In this document: piece after piece, positions 26,811 through 39,322 of the stretch
Layout: every line of letters begins with the position of its first letter
Numbering within the stretch: position 1 is the stretch's first letter
DNA from: Podarcis melisellensis
Taxonomy: Eukaryota
DNA: 64,000 bases
Direction: 5' to 3' (one strand)
Assembly (NCBI GenBank): GCA_964234715.1
Contig: OZ174284.1
Notes under the pieces: generated by a model
The model's input: the letters and a program-made list of their open reading frames with translations, nothing else
What the model was told of the DNA's origin: nothing
The model's database searches: none
Translations under genes and position numbers: made by a program

Positions 26811-27049
26811 GTCGTACCTTGGTTGTCGAACACCTTGGTACTTGGATGCTTTGGCTCCCGAACTCCACAAACCTGGTAGTGAGTGTTCCGGTTTGTGAAT
26901 GTTTTTTGGAAGCAGAACGTCCAACACGGCTTCTGCGGCTTCCAATTGAGTGCAGGAAGCTCCTGCAGCCAATTGGAAGCCATCCATTGGTTTTCGAGTT
27001 AAGCCATGTCTTGGCTTTCAGATTAAGTTCGAAAACCAAGGTACCACTG
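26809..27049. mobile_element. Tc1/mariner-type MITE related to family C
   Basis: cagtcgtaccttggttgtcgaa...ttcgaaaaccaaggtaccactg|TA. Confidence 0.87.
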
Positions 27050-27279
27050 TAATTGCTATATTATAAATATCTGTGTCTCCATCCATCCATCCATCCATCC
27101 ATCCATCTTCAGTCACACATGCAGGTTGTCCAGATGGGAATGTACCCCTGGTCTTAAAGATTCCCCAGACCTGACACACACACACACACACACTCAGTGA
27201 TATCCAGTGTTAGCCATTATTCAGAGTAGACCCATTAAGTCCATTGTTTTCATTGGGTCTGCTCTGAGTATGGCTTTTA

Positions 27280-27408
27280 NNNNNNNNNNNNNNNNNNNNN
27301 NNNNNNNNNNNNNNNNNNNNNNNNNNNNNNNNNNNNNNNNNNNNNNNNNNNNNNNNNNNNNNNNNNNNNNNNNNNNNNNNNNNNNNNNNNNNNNNNNNNN
27401 NNNNNNNN
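27280..27408. other. Assembly gap (129 N)
   Basis: N run. Confidence 0.99.
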
Positions 27409-28486
27409 ATATTCACACAGAATATTTAACTTTATAGAATCCTAAAACTGTAGTGCTGAAGGGACCCCGAGGGCCATCTTATTTAACGCCCCCCCCCATC
27501 ATAATTCCTGATATAGGACTCTTGAATGCACTTGACTGGATGCTCAGAACCCTGTTAGGCAGGAGACAGCCAGCAATGGAACTTCATATGTTGCACCCAA
27601 GCACATAAATAAGCCAGCATTGTGTACCTGCTTTCACAAGCACAGGCGCTTCATTTTCAGTGGCTAACTGGCTTAAGATGACCTTTGCTTGTGAAGCTAT
27701 TCTGTGGGTCTCTCCCACCACTACTTAGGGGTGATTAAAGAGGATGGGGGTGAGGAAGAGAGAGACTTAGTTTAGGTTCAGAGGAATAGCACAGTAAGTT
27801 GCACTCTTAATCCTGAGACCTAGTGTTTAATGGTTAGTGCATGTGGATTTCTTGGCTGCTTCCATTTGGGGTTTTTTGGGGGAGGAGTGAAAATTCATTT
27901 GAACTCTCCTGTTTTTCTGGAAAAACAGTAGAGACTCCCACACCCACTCCTTACGGCTCCATGCAGATGCGAGTTCAAGAACAGGGTGTTTCACTTTCAT
28001 AGCAAGGTGCAAACCAGAAGATTAGGATGATGTGATTAAAGTTTAACATTGGCTTCTAAGTTGGTCATTTGTGACACTCGAGCAGAAGCAAAGTATCTGC
28101 ATAAACTGTCCATTGTACCATTGCTGTAAATGATTTTTTTATGTTTTGCTTTGCTCCTGGAATGCAGTGACAGAAGCTGTTTGTTGAGCTAAAGTCCAAA
28201 ATTTCCATTTTAATATGTTTGTTTCTGCCTCTTAGAACTGCTTGCAGTATTTTTTTGGTTTGTTGTTCAAAGAAAAGCTAACAGGCAAATTAGATAAAGT
28301 TTCTCTCTCCTTTACATGTACCATAGATTTTTTTGATTATTTTTTTTTGTCATTCAGACTTCAAAGCATTCCTTTTGCCTCTTTGAGAATTGCATTTTTA
28401 GGTCAGGTGGGAGTCATAATTCTGAAGTACCTGAATTTGTAGGGGGGGGGATGTAGTCTCTGTTATGCTTTATTGGCATAGCGTTG

Positions 28487-28488
<2 letters not shown>

Positions 28489-28530
<42 letters not shown>
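28489..28530. repeat. (CA)n microsatellite
   Basis: Direct reading. Confidence 0.97.
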
Positions 28531-28534
<4 letters not shown>

Positions 28535-28885
28535 CATAGCACTGAAGTAATAACATATGTAGTGATAGGTTTGAATTATATTAAAGGAAATTTAATATAA
28601 TAATAGGCTAAATTCCATTCTCTAGTCCCAGAACTATTTCATGTTTTTTGATCTTGGTACTTCACTCTCGGTCCATTGGTATCAAGTGAGCAGAACAGTT
28701 GCAGATTAGTTCTAACGGAAACCTCATACAGGTTAATAATGGAGATGACACCCTTTAAGGTTCTAGAAACATTTTAGAGGGATTACTCCTGAATATATGT
28801 TCTTAGAATCTCTATATCTATATCATCTATATTAATATAATGCTCAGCTTCTTCAAAATGTTTTTTAAAAATACTAAAGTTTCTA

Positions 28886-29100
28886 CAGTGGTACCTCGGG
28901 TTACATATGCTTCAGGTTACAGACTCCGCTAACCCAGAAATAGTGCTTCAGGTTAAGAACTTTGCTTCGGGATGAGAACAGAAATCGCGCGGCGGCAGCG
29001 GGAGGCCCCATTAGCTAAAGTGGTGCTTCAGGTTATGAACAGTTTCAGGTTAAGAACGGACCTCCAGAACGAATTAAGTATTTAACCCGAGGTACCACTG
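28886..29100. mobile_element. Tc1/mariner-type MITE family A (opposite orientation to 1906 and 43023)
   Basis: TA|cagtggtacctcgggtta...taacccgaggtaccactg|TA. Confidence 0.93.
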
Positions 29101-32004
29101 TATATGCATCCATCCCTAGCTAGCAGGATCAGTGGTTAGGGATGATGGGAATTGTAGTCCAAAAGCACCTGGAGACCCAAGTTTGGGAAACACTGATGGG
29201 TGGGGAGCCTGCAGCTCTCCAGATGTTGTTGGAACAGCATTTCTCTTACGATGACTATCAGGATAAGGTGCTACTTAAGCAGAGCTATTACTTTTCCATG
29301 AAAGCACATCAAAGATATAACAGGCATTCAAGGCTCTTTTAAGTTTACTCTATGTTGCACAAGCTATATGTTGCCCAGGAAAACCATGCTTGATCACCCA
29401 CATTTTATTCTAGAATGCAGCCTTGGGGATGTGGGCTGCCAATATGTTTGGAGTGACAATGCAGGGAGGGTGTGTGTGTTTAACTCTTTCCTCATTGTGT
29501 CATCGTCCCAGTCAAAATCACGCACACCCTAAGCTGCTGATTGCTGTATTTGTGTTTGTGCCTGCTTGAAAGGACTGTGTGACAGGCTCTAATTCAAATG
29601 ACCTGTACCATTTGTGAGGTGATCGAAACACCCAGAGAATTAGAATTCAAGATAACTGGAACTATCTTGTTTGCACAGTTACATAGACATGCCAGTGGAG
29701 GGAAATGTATGCACAGTAAATTCAGGAGAGAAAGTTGGGCAATAGAAGGGCAAAATGGTTGAGTATAAGCAAAATAATCCTATTTATTTTCAGGTCAAAT
29801 CTTGAGGTATAGCTGCTTTTATGAACCTCTTGTATAAAATCATCCAACCCTATATTACTGTCAAGGCTTGAAACAGAGATGTCATGAGAAATCAAATAGG
29901 GCACTTGCCCTTGGCAAGTGAAACCCTTGGCACACTGCCACTGATGGGCCTAGCACTTCACCATGTATCCATGGCCACACAGTAATCCCTCCCCTTCTGC
30001 TACCATGGCAACAGCAACACCACCACCAATCGGCCTCCTGGCTGGTTCCCCAATGGCATTTTAGTGGTTGGTGGATTGCAGAGCTGCATTTGATGGAAGC
30101 CAAGTCCATGGTGGTTGCCCGTCACCTGATCTTACCTAAAATGCAGTGCTCCAGCCTATACATCTTGCATAGAACCATGAACTCAGTTGTATAGATCTAT
30201 AGTCTGGGAAGCTGCATTCTGGAGAAACTAAGATGGTGGGCGGCCAATGCAAGCAGAGGCTGAGTGTTGCCTCCCATTCAACCAACCACCAATAAAATAG
30301 CTGTCCAAGGTGCCAGCAGACAAGGTGCAGTGAGATGCACTTCTACACTCCTGAGCCCTTCAGCCAGTGACCAGTCTAGCCCTGGAAGAGCCCTGAAAAT
30401 GTCTGTGGGGTAGTGGACTACTTTCCCTCAGCCAAACACCCTTGAGGTAATAGGGTGAGATCTGCCCTCAGCTGTTTCCTTCACCTCCGCATCCAAGCTA
30501 ATGCTGCAAGTAACCTCTGCATTAACTCGCATAGAGTGGGAAAGGCTTTCCTCCCTCAAAATGGGTCAAAAGATGTGTGTGTTTCAGTTCAAATTGCTTC
30601 AGCCTGTGGGTCCACCATTGCTGCTCTAGTCTTTTGCTATAATAGAGATGTTGCCGTAATTGCAGTTACTATTACTTCTGCTTCTACTGTGATTAGTAAT
30701 ACTGTACTAAAAGTGGGTCCAGTTATCTACCCTTTGAACAAACCGTAGACTGGCTGCAGTCACCAACACCTTTCGTTGTTACATGAGGCTTTGCCCATTC
30801 CGATAAATCCATTCTGGAGTTACAATATTAATATGTTTATAAATTATTTACTCAGCTGTTCTGGTCTGTTGGCCAAAACATAGATTTAGGGAAGTTTTTA
30901 GCAAATGCATCATGTACTCAGTGAAACAGAACAGCTTCTCCAGAGCTGCTTGGGTTTACCCAGTACATTACAAAGGATCATATTCTGCAGGTCTTTTACT
31001 TTGTCAAATTGCCCGTTGAATTCAAGTCAGGAAATGGTCCATGAAGTGGAACCTTGTTAATTCACACCCTTCATAAACCCACATTCCCAACCTGCCATCT
31101 TTCCTATTTCCCTGCACCAGGGCCTGATGTTTTCTGTTAAAGATACTTTACATCCACTCTTTGAAAAATCGTCTTGTCATTGCTGATGGTGTGGATTCGC
31201 TCTTCCCAACTTAGCCTGTACATCAACGATGAGATGTCTTCCATGGCGGAGAGACAATTCTATCAACAGAATTGCCCCCCCCCCATGATCTGGATTTTTA
31301 ATACAAGTAATTAAAAATAAATCCTTATGTCAAAATAACTAAATGCTATCTACACTGGAAGTCTATGTTACTTACCTCTTTTGGCTATCTTGTACCAAGG
31401 ATATAAACCCAGCAATCAAGTAGCGGTTTGAAAAGCCAAGAGAGGCCCTCTCTTGACAGCCATACTGCCTGATGGTAGGCCTTCTTCTAGGTGTTTCAGA
31501 TGACCCAAGAGCTGGAATAGTTATATGTGTAGGCCTGGGTTACTAGATGCATCTAGTGGAGGGGTATAGCAATAGGTACTGTTTCTGAACATCAAGAGAA
31601 GGTAGAGTGATCAGAGAAGAGGAATGATAAACCGGTTGAGATCATCCTGCCTCTCCCACTTTTTCAAATGCCCTTGATGGTCTGGTTTCCATTTCCACAT
31701 GCAGAGGGAACGGATCATGGGTCAGGGTGATTTGAGCAATTGCCCACAAAATAAACGATAAACAGTACCTTAATATATATATTATTTTATATTCATGGCG
31801 TATTTTACCTTTTACATGATATAAAACTAGTTCTGGAACTATAAGTAGCATATAGCACAAGTTTAGCAGTCATTTCCATATTATTTGCAAATAGATTTTT
31901 TTTCCCTGGAAGCAAATAGCACAGACATGAACACTAAATGCACTGTATTTCACTATGAGCCACCTATTGGTCACATGCTATTGGCCCGTAAGCATCCTCT
32001 GTCG

Positions 32005-32470
32005 TTGCCTGTTTGCTACTGGGCCCAGTTTTAGGTGTTGACATTGGCCTATAAATCCCTAATTGAGTTGGGGCCCATGTATTTAAAGGATTGTCTCTCC
32101 TACCCACCAACCCAGGCCATGCAAAGGAGAGTCCCTGCCCATAGTTCCATCTGCAGCTGCAGTTCATGGTGCAAAAGCACAGAACAAGGGCCTTTTCTGT
32201 GATAGCACCCCAGATGTAGAATTTCCTCCTTCTGGAGGACTGTTTTTAGACATCAATATGTATCTTTATCTTCAAGCCTATGGAGATGACTGATGCGAAG
32301 AACCATATTTTTATTCTTGGATTTATAATCCGTTTTATAATCATGTTGGTTGCTGTTGCTGTTGTTTTAAAAAAATCTTTATAGTATATTAATGTGATTT
32401 ATTTTAATGACTTACCAACCTGGGAACTTTTAGAGGGAAGAGTGGGTTATAAGTTTAAATAATAATAATA
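32005..32470 (+). mobile_element. Old L2-clade LINE 3' remnant
   Basis: Residual LPVCYWAQF..VLTLAYKSL..LGPMYLKDCL and agggccttttctgtg motif; (AAT)n tail; ends approximate. Confidence 0.65.
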
Positions 32471-33990
32471 TTTCCAGCTTTTTTATTATTTAAAGAGTGT
32501 TCTCTTTCAAGTTTACATTAAAGACACAGAGCCCAGTTGGAAAACTCAGGTTTCCACATTCAGTGGAGGCCAACACTAATATATTTTGATGGAAGAGCAG
32601 TTCCATCCCCTACATTGTGCTCATGGGTACCCACAAGATCTGCTCCACTTTGGGGGACTAGCAGTCAACTTGGTAAAAAGCCCTTCCCATCACTAAATAC
32701 TGCAACCATCAAATCCTGAGAGTGAGCAAAACCCATTCAAAGGGAATATGGGAGAGGGTAAGGGATTCAACTCTACACCACCAACATCCTTTTCCTAGCT
32801 GCTGTGTTCTTTCTGCAGTAAATGAAATCTGATTGCAATCTAGTATTCCTTCCGAAAACCCCATCCTGTCATGTGACTTTGTGCCCAGCACTTGCATTTT
32901 CTTGGGAAATAAAGGCTTCTTATTACCTACCTGCTGAGATCTTTGTAGTGGATGAATGCCCCTGGTCATTATTCGTTAACCTTCTCCCTTCAGACTATAC
33001 AATGAGACTAATAGCCTGCCAGTATTCCTTCTCAGAAATGAAAGAGACCAGCTACAGAGCATCTCAGGACCCTCTTAACGTGCCTAAAGAATTCACATAA
33101 CTTTAAAGAAGCCAAAAAAAAAATCTGTTATTGAGGAAACGGGGCATTAAAAATTGCTCTTGAAATATATGGTTCTGCTTGCCAAGTTACCCTTTGCAAC
33201 ATGTCTTTCAACATCTCCGAAAACAGAAATTTGAAAATGAATCGGTTTGCTCAAGCTCCATTAAAACTGCATGACTGCACTGCCACAACACAGATGCCAT
33301 TATCTTTATTACTAGCAAAGCAAGGCTAGCATTCTTGTTCCTGGTTTCCTTTGGATGGTGGCAGGTGAAAGAAATCTGTAGCAGGGAAAGGAAAATGCAG
33401 GCTGTAAGCTGCTAGAACTCATTCCTTGCAGCACTGGATTGAGAAGTGATTTATTAGAGCTATTGCAGCCTATAGACCATACATCACCTTCCTGGTTGGC
33501 TTTGTTGGCACCTTGTCACATTCTTGTGGGCTTGAGGAATTCATTGTTCTTGTTTGAACTGATAAGAACAAAAAAAGGATTTTCTGCCTGAGACCTTGGG
33601 AAAAGCAGAGGGGGTGGAATGTTGACACGAGCAGCAGGACTGCACTTTCCCAAGCCTTTCAGTCAGCATTCTTTAGTAAGCACCGACCCTTAGGTGTTCC
33701 CAGCAAAGCTTGGCTTTGATTGCTACAGTGCCTATGTCCTGCGTGTGTTGGTCCAGGGACAGGCAAATATGGGCAGGTAGATGCAGAGCAATAATATCCA
33801 AATGGTCCAAGTCATCTTTGGTGCAAAGGTCTCAGAAGACTTTATCGGTGGGCGAATGCGAGGAGCAGGTTAGCAGTATCACACACGACTTTAGTGAAGT
33901 TAATTTCTTATTCAAAGAAACAAGGCAGCTCAGGAGACCAGTCCTAGTGAGCACAGAAACTCTTCTCGGTAGAACTTGCTCCTCCTCCAA

Positions 33991-34622
33991 CTGCTATTCT
34001 AGACTGCATCAACAGAAGTATAGTGTTCTGATCAAGGGAAGTAATAGTACCACTCTATTCTGGTCAGACCACACGTGGAGTACTGTGTCCAGTTCTGGGT
34101 ACCACAGTTTAAGGATATTGACAAGCTGGAACGTGCTGAGGAAGATGACCAAGATGATCAAGCGTCTGGAAACCAAGCCTCCCATGATTAATGGAGTTGG
34201 TTCAACAGTGGAACAGACTTCCACGAGAGATGGTGGGCTCTCCTTTTTTGAAGAGTTTGGATTTGATATCCCGCCTTTCACTCCCTTTAAGGAGTCTCAA
34301 AGCAGCTAACATTCTCCTTTCCCTTCCTCCCCCACAACAAACACTCTGTGAGGCGAGTGGGGCTGAGAGACTGAGGCTGAGAAAGAAGTGTTACTGGCCC
34401 AAGGTCACCCAGCATCTGCATGTGGAGGAGCGGAGACGCGAACCCGGTTCCCCAGATTACAAGACTACCGCTCTTAACCACTACACCACACTGGTTCACC
34501 ACACTGGTTTTTAAGCAAAGGTTGGATGGCCAACTGTCATGGATGCTTTCAGCTGAGATTCAGGAATTCTTTAGTTGGACTAGATTACCCTCAGGGTTCT
34601 TTCCAACTCTACAATTCTGTGA
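33991..34622 (+). mobile_element. CR1 LINE 3' fragment, internally deleted and interrupted by a SINE
   Basis: ggagtactgtgtccagttctggg and gatattgacaagctggaacg CR1 ORF2 motifs; ttccaactctacaattctgtga tail. Confidence 0.85.
34250..34497 (-). mobile_element. CORE-type SINE (Squam3-like) nested in CR1
   Basis: Reverse complement of the 20515 element. Confidence 0.87.
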
Positions 34623-35214
34623 GTCTTGGAATATTTGTTCTGTTTCCAGATTACTGTGCAATCTTACACAAATCACTATCTCTGCCTCTCATTTTTCATC
34701 TCGTGTATAACTCTTTTACCATGCATTTTATGTTTGTAGCAAAAAGGTAGGAAACAATCCATGTCCTCAATGGTTATACACACTAGCTTTGCTTTTAGTA
34801 TTCTTTCCCTGCTTCCTTGGGAAAGTGTTTATCTCTGCTCTCAGATTAGTTCTCATGGCTTGAAGTAGTCAACATTTCAGATAAGGCCTGTAGACTAGCT
34901 GTTTTATGTTTAGCCCGTAGCAAAGGCAGCAGCAGTTAAACAGTCAACACTTGTCATTGTGACTTATCAGGGCTTAAAGAGGGATTTGCGTTTTTGACTT
35001 CATTAAAGGTAAGAAAGATACCAGAAAGGAAGCAACAGGAATAATTGCAAGGGTCAAAAGGTCACAGTAAAGGATGAGGTCTGCCTTTATGCGTGTGTGC
35101 CTTACATCCTAGAGCTCTGCAGATGTGCCCATCAAAACACTTGGTCAGTTTAACATAAACATCATAAATGCCATTGTTCCCAGAGGTTTGAAATTTGCCG
35201 GTTCTGTTATAATA

Positions 35215-35806
35215 CCGTATTTTTCGCCCTATAGGACGCACTTTTCCCCCTCCAAAAATGAAGGGGAAATGTGTGTGCGTCCTATGGGGCGAATGCAGGC
35301 TTCAGGAAGCTATCCGCAAGCCTTGCAAGCCTGGCGGGAGGTCCCACGGGCTCGCAAGGCTTGCGGGCAGCAGCCTGCAGCCCACAAGCTCGGGGGACAG
35401 CAGGGAGGCGCAGCGCCGCCACCCCGCTATTCCCCGACCTGGTCTGGAGGCTGGCGGGGGGGGGAGCAAGCTTGCTCCCCCCCCCGCCAGCCCCACAAGC
35501 TCAGGAGATAATGGGGAGGCGGAGTGTCACCACCCCGCTATTCCCGGACCTGGTCTGTAGGCTGGCGGGGGGGAGAAGCAAGCCCCACAAGCTCGGGGGA
35601 CAGCGGGGCAAGCTGCTGCCCCACGGAGGCTAGAGAGGTTGTCCCTGAAGGCAGAAGAGGGAGATGGAGCGCTCCGTCTCCCTCTTCTAGCTTGGGGATG
35701 GCTGCGCAAACCTGGGGGGGAAATAAATTTTTTCCCCTTGATTTCCCCCCCCAAAAAACTAGGTGCGTCCTATGGGCCGGTGCGTCCTATAGGGCGAAAA
35801 ATATGG
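35215..35806. mobile_element. Tc2-like (CCGTA-ended) non-autonomous element with GC-rich internal tandem repeat
   Basis: TA|ccgtatttttcgccctataggacgcac...gtgcgtcctatagggcgaaaaatatgg|TA; ~110-bp unit (cccacaagctc...ggctggcggggggg) repeated 2+ times. Confidence 0.92.
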
Positions 35807-35847
35807 TAAATCTGATGAGCCAGGAAAAAGTTAGTGCCGTTTCAGGC

Positions 35848-36136
35848 NNNNNNNNNNNNNNNNNNNNNNNNNNNNNNNNNNNNNNNNNNNNNNNNNNNNN
35901 NNNNNNNNNNNNNNNNNNNNNNNNNNNNNNNNNNNNNNNNNNNNNNNNNNNNNNNNNNNNNNNNNNNNNNNNNNNNNNNNNNNNNNNNNNNNNNNNNNNN
36001 NNNNNNNNNNNNNNNNNNNNNNNNNNNNNNNNNNNNNNNNNNNNNNNNNNNNNNNNNNNNNNNNNNNNNNNNNNNNNNNNNNNNNNNNNNNNNNNNNNNN
36101 NNNNNNNNNNNNNNNNNNNNNNNNNNNNNNNNNNNN
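35848..36136. other. Assembly gap (289 N)
   Basis: N run. Confidence 0.99.
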
Positions 36137-37285
36137 GCAACTTTGCATTATTTGGGCTAACTGCTGCTCCCTTGCCTGCTGCAAACCCTCATGTAAATCA
36201 GAACCCCACAAGCATGCATTAAAATAGTGCGATGGGGATTCCACCCATTTAGCACTCTGATTGCGATTACGGTCAAGTACAGTTCAAGTATGCTCAGCAG
36301 TAACTAATCTGCACGAAGTGATCTTAAGCATGCAGCCATATTAAACATAAATATATGAGAGCGAGCTTATCATACAACCATGTTTGTTTCCACAGTCTCA
36401 TGCCATCTTAATGAGGGGTATTTTTAAAAACCCTTTCCGTGGCCCTAAACAGATACTGCAGCTTTGCCTGCCAGGGAAGCATGGGATGCTTACGTACATA
36501 TGTAGCATGCTATCGTCACCTGTTAGTTGCTGATACCACAGCTCTCACTCAGGCAAGCACACTCTTTTGCCTGAAGCTAGCAAAGAAGGGCACGTCCAGC
36601 CAGTGCTAGCTTGGAGAACCTGAAGAACTCACGTCTCTACTGTCTACATGTAGTGGTGGCCTTGGCCTGTGCTTGTCCACCATCTGCCCACAGACCTGAG
36701 GTGGGTACATGAAGAATCGGCACAGGCTCAACAGTGTTGATGGCTAGCAATCCAATATTGGCACAAGAGGATTTCAAGGAAAGGGTGCATTCCTTTTCCC
36801 AGGGATATTCCCTGCTAGAGTCATCACCTGTTGTGTGCGTGTGTGTTCATTAAGATTCCTGTTCCTTTGTGAGAAGTGAAAGCAGACACATAAGAAGCAG
36901 GAATTCAATAGCTGAAGCTTTCCGAGCAAGAAGGTCCAGTGAGGGGAAAATTTAACTGAGGAGCGGGGAAACGGTGAAAGGCATTCAAGTGGCCTGGATC
37001 TTGTTTTCATAAAAACAGGAAGTGGCACCATATTGAATAGGGGGCCTGGAAGTGAGCAGGAGGCATAGATCGAAGAAAGGTGTAACCCGTTGAAGCCCTG
37101 TACTAAAGGGAAAGCCTCTTGGGAATTCGGGACTCTGCGTGAAAAACCTGGATGGCTTAAGGGTTTTTGCGACAATCCCAGTATTTTTAGGGTAGTTGGA
37201 GGTATGGCTCTATGCCCTCCAGAGTGCTACTTTTTTCTGGCAGGAATGTGTCTTTGAACTGTGATAGTTCTTCTTGCTTGCCTGA

Positions 37286-37286
<1 letters not shown>

Positions 37287-37323
<37 letters not shown>
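37287..37323. repeat. (TG)n microsatellite
   Basis: Direct reading. Confidence 0.97.
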
Positions 37324-37326
<3 letters not shown>

Positions 37327-37493
37327 AATGTCTGACTTTTGCATGGCTGGCGTAGAGCCTACTGTACATAGGTAAGAATCACATCTTTTGCCTCTGGCTC
37401 CTCCCATCAATGGAAGGCTGCCCATAAGAGAATGTATGGTTTCCTACTCTTGAGGTGGTGGCATTCCACTAATTTTTGCTCAGAGTATAATCA

Positions 37494-37607
37494 AAGAATC
37501 ATAGAATTTGTATAGTTGTATACAGTAGTTGGAAGTCCCAACATGGGACTTAAACCCATGAGCCTGAGATTAAGAGTCTCACGCTTTACTGACAGAGCTA
37601 GCTGGTC
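37494..37607 (-). mobile_element. tRNA-Lys(CTT)-derived SINE remnant with CR1-type tail (Squam2-like)
   Basis: Minus strand reads gctagctctgtcagtaaagcgtgagactcttaatctcagg, a decayed tRNA-Lys-CTT, followed by an attctatgattct tail. Confidence 0.75.
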
Positions 37608-37713
37608 AAGCAGACCCACTGAAATCAGTGAACGTGGCTAAGTTAGGTCTATAAATGTCAGTGGGGTCTGCTGTGAGTAAAACGTAGTTGAATACCACCC
37701 TTGGTGTATGTGA

Positions 37714-37939
37714 AGGGCCTTCTCAGCAGTGGCACCCTCCCTGTAGAACACTCTCCCTTCAGATGTCAAGGAGATAAAGAACTACACAACTTTTAGAAGA
37801 CATCTGAAGGCAGCCCTGTTTCTGGAAGTTTTTAATGCTTGATACTATGTCTTTATATGTGCTGTAAGCCGCCCAGAGTGGCTGGGGAAACCTAGCCAGG
37901 TGTTGGTAATAGTAGTAGTAGTAGTAGTAATAATAATAA
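37714..37939 (+). mobile_element. L2-clade LINE 3' fragment with (TAG/TAA)n tail
   Basis: Same family as 15220-15506, opposite strand. Confidence 0.83.
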
Positions 37940-38125
37940 AAAGATGAACAGGCCAATCTTGTGTGGAACAAGGTATAAAACCAAAAAGTGGTGGTACTAG
38001 TATCTAAACTAATGCAGAATGCAAGGATCTAGTGTGATCTTTTATATGTTTGGGCAAACAGCCAAATCTTAAGCAAATTAACAGAGAACCTAGCTCCACT
38101 GCGCTCAGTGCACATTACTTCCCAG

Positions 38126-38295
38126 CAGTGCTTTTTTTCTTTAAAAGTTTAGGGGTGCTCTCATTTTGACTCAAGAAAATCACCATTTTATAGTTCAAAT
38201 TGGGGGGGTAAATACAGTAAATGGACAAAAGTACAAAGATTCACAAAATGTTTAGGGGTATGCATACCCCTGCGTCCCCCCAGAAAAAAACACTG
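38126..38295. mobile_element. hAT-type MITE
   Basis: TIR cagtgctttttttct / agaaaaaaacactg; 8-bp TSD cttcccag/cttcctag. Confidence 0.85.
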
Positions 38296-38362
38296 CTTCC
38301 TAGTAAGCATGCTCAGGTTGCAGTTGAAAAGCTTCCATGTCATCTTTCACATTTGCAGCATT

Positions 38363-38404
38363 TTCATTCATTCATTCATTCATTCATTCATTCATTCATT
38401 CATT
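38363..38404. repeat. (TTCA)n microsatellite
   Basis: Direct reading. Confidence 0.95.
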
Positions 38405-39283
38405 ATTCCAAAGGGGGTATCCTCTCCTGCAAATGTTTTTTGGGGAATTAGCTCCTCTGACATTCTGTAAACTACACAATTGGCAAGACTGGATGCTTTT
38501 TCCTCTCTCTCTCCCCCCCCCCCCCCCGGCTTTCCTTGTATGGAAACTTGCTTTGCTTTCCAGCACTAAACTTAACTGACAGCGTATCACTGCACTCTGC
38601 TGGAGAAGTCCTGAGCCAAATCAGACCTCTGTGGGTCTCCCAGCTGGCTGTCACAAGGGCAGGTGTGATGGCTGCACTGATAACCTCTGAGCTCTCAGGA
38701 ATAAGCTGAGATGAAGGCTTAATGATGCTTGTCAGAAGCACAGTATAACTTAGGGCCTTGGATTCTGCAGGCTGGAGACAGATCCTTCAGGAGAAGGAAT
38801 GAGAAAGATAAACAGAGATATCCTTGCAAAACCCAAATATCCACAAACACCTCCTTAGCACTACTTTGTGTTAGTCATGAACGGTGATGGCAAACATTAG
38901 CAGCTGGTTGCAATCATCCTTCCGAGCTATGCGCAATATTTTATATTCAGGTGGTTTTTTTCTTAGTTTTTAAGTGGCCATAGGCAATAGAATTGTTTTG
39001 TGTTGTCACACTAAAAAACAACAACACCCAGATGTTTCTGGCAAGTGGGAAAGTTGGCTTGCTTTGTACGAAGGAGCGATAATTTATTGGGTTTTATTTT
39101 GGTCTTCTGAAACTCGCTTTCATTTCTACAAACCAAGAGGCTTGTCGTGATTGTGAAATAAAGTACTGAATATTCACAGGCTAAAATGAATACTCAAAGG
39201 CAACCCCTCCCCCTCAAAAATAAACCCCCAAACCTCCCGCAGGTGAGAAAATTAATCTCTCCAGACATTCCTGCATGTGTTTT

Positions 39284-39287
<4 letters not shown>

Positions 39288-39320
<33 letters not shown>
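39288..39320. repeat. (TG)n microsatellite
   Basis: Direct reading. Confidence 0.95.

Positions 39321-39322
<2 letters not shown>

Noticed and set aside
33710-34309. 199-aa ORF
   Set aside because: Runs through unique DNA, an off-frame CR1 remnant and an antisense SINE; no recognisable protein
35812-35847. Hammerhead ribozyme core (CTGATGAG...GAAA); also at 63211
   Set aside because: No stem II closed by GAAA and no stems I/III can be built
35524-36244. Long ORFs over the N run
   Set aside because: Artefacts of the assembly gap and the GC-rich MITE
37534-37607. Functional tRNA-Lys gene
   Set aside because: D arm, T loop and acceptor stem are mutated, and it is joined to a CR1-type tail
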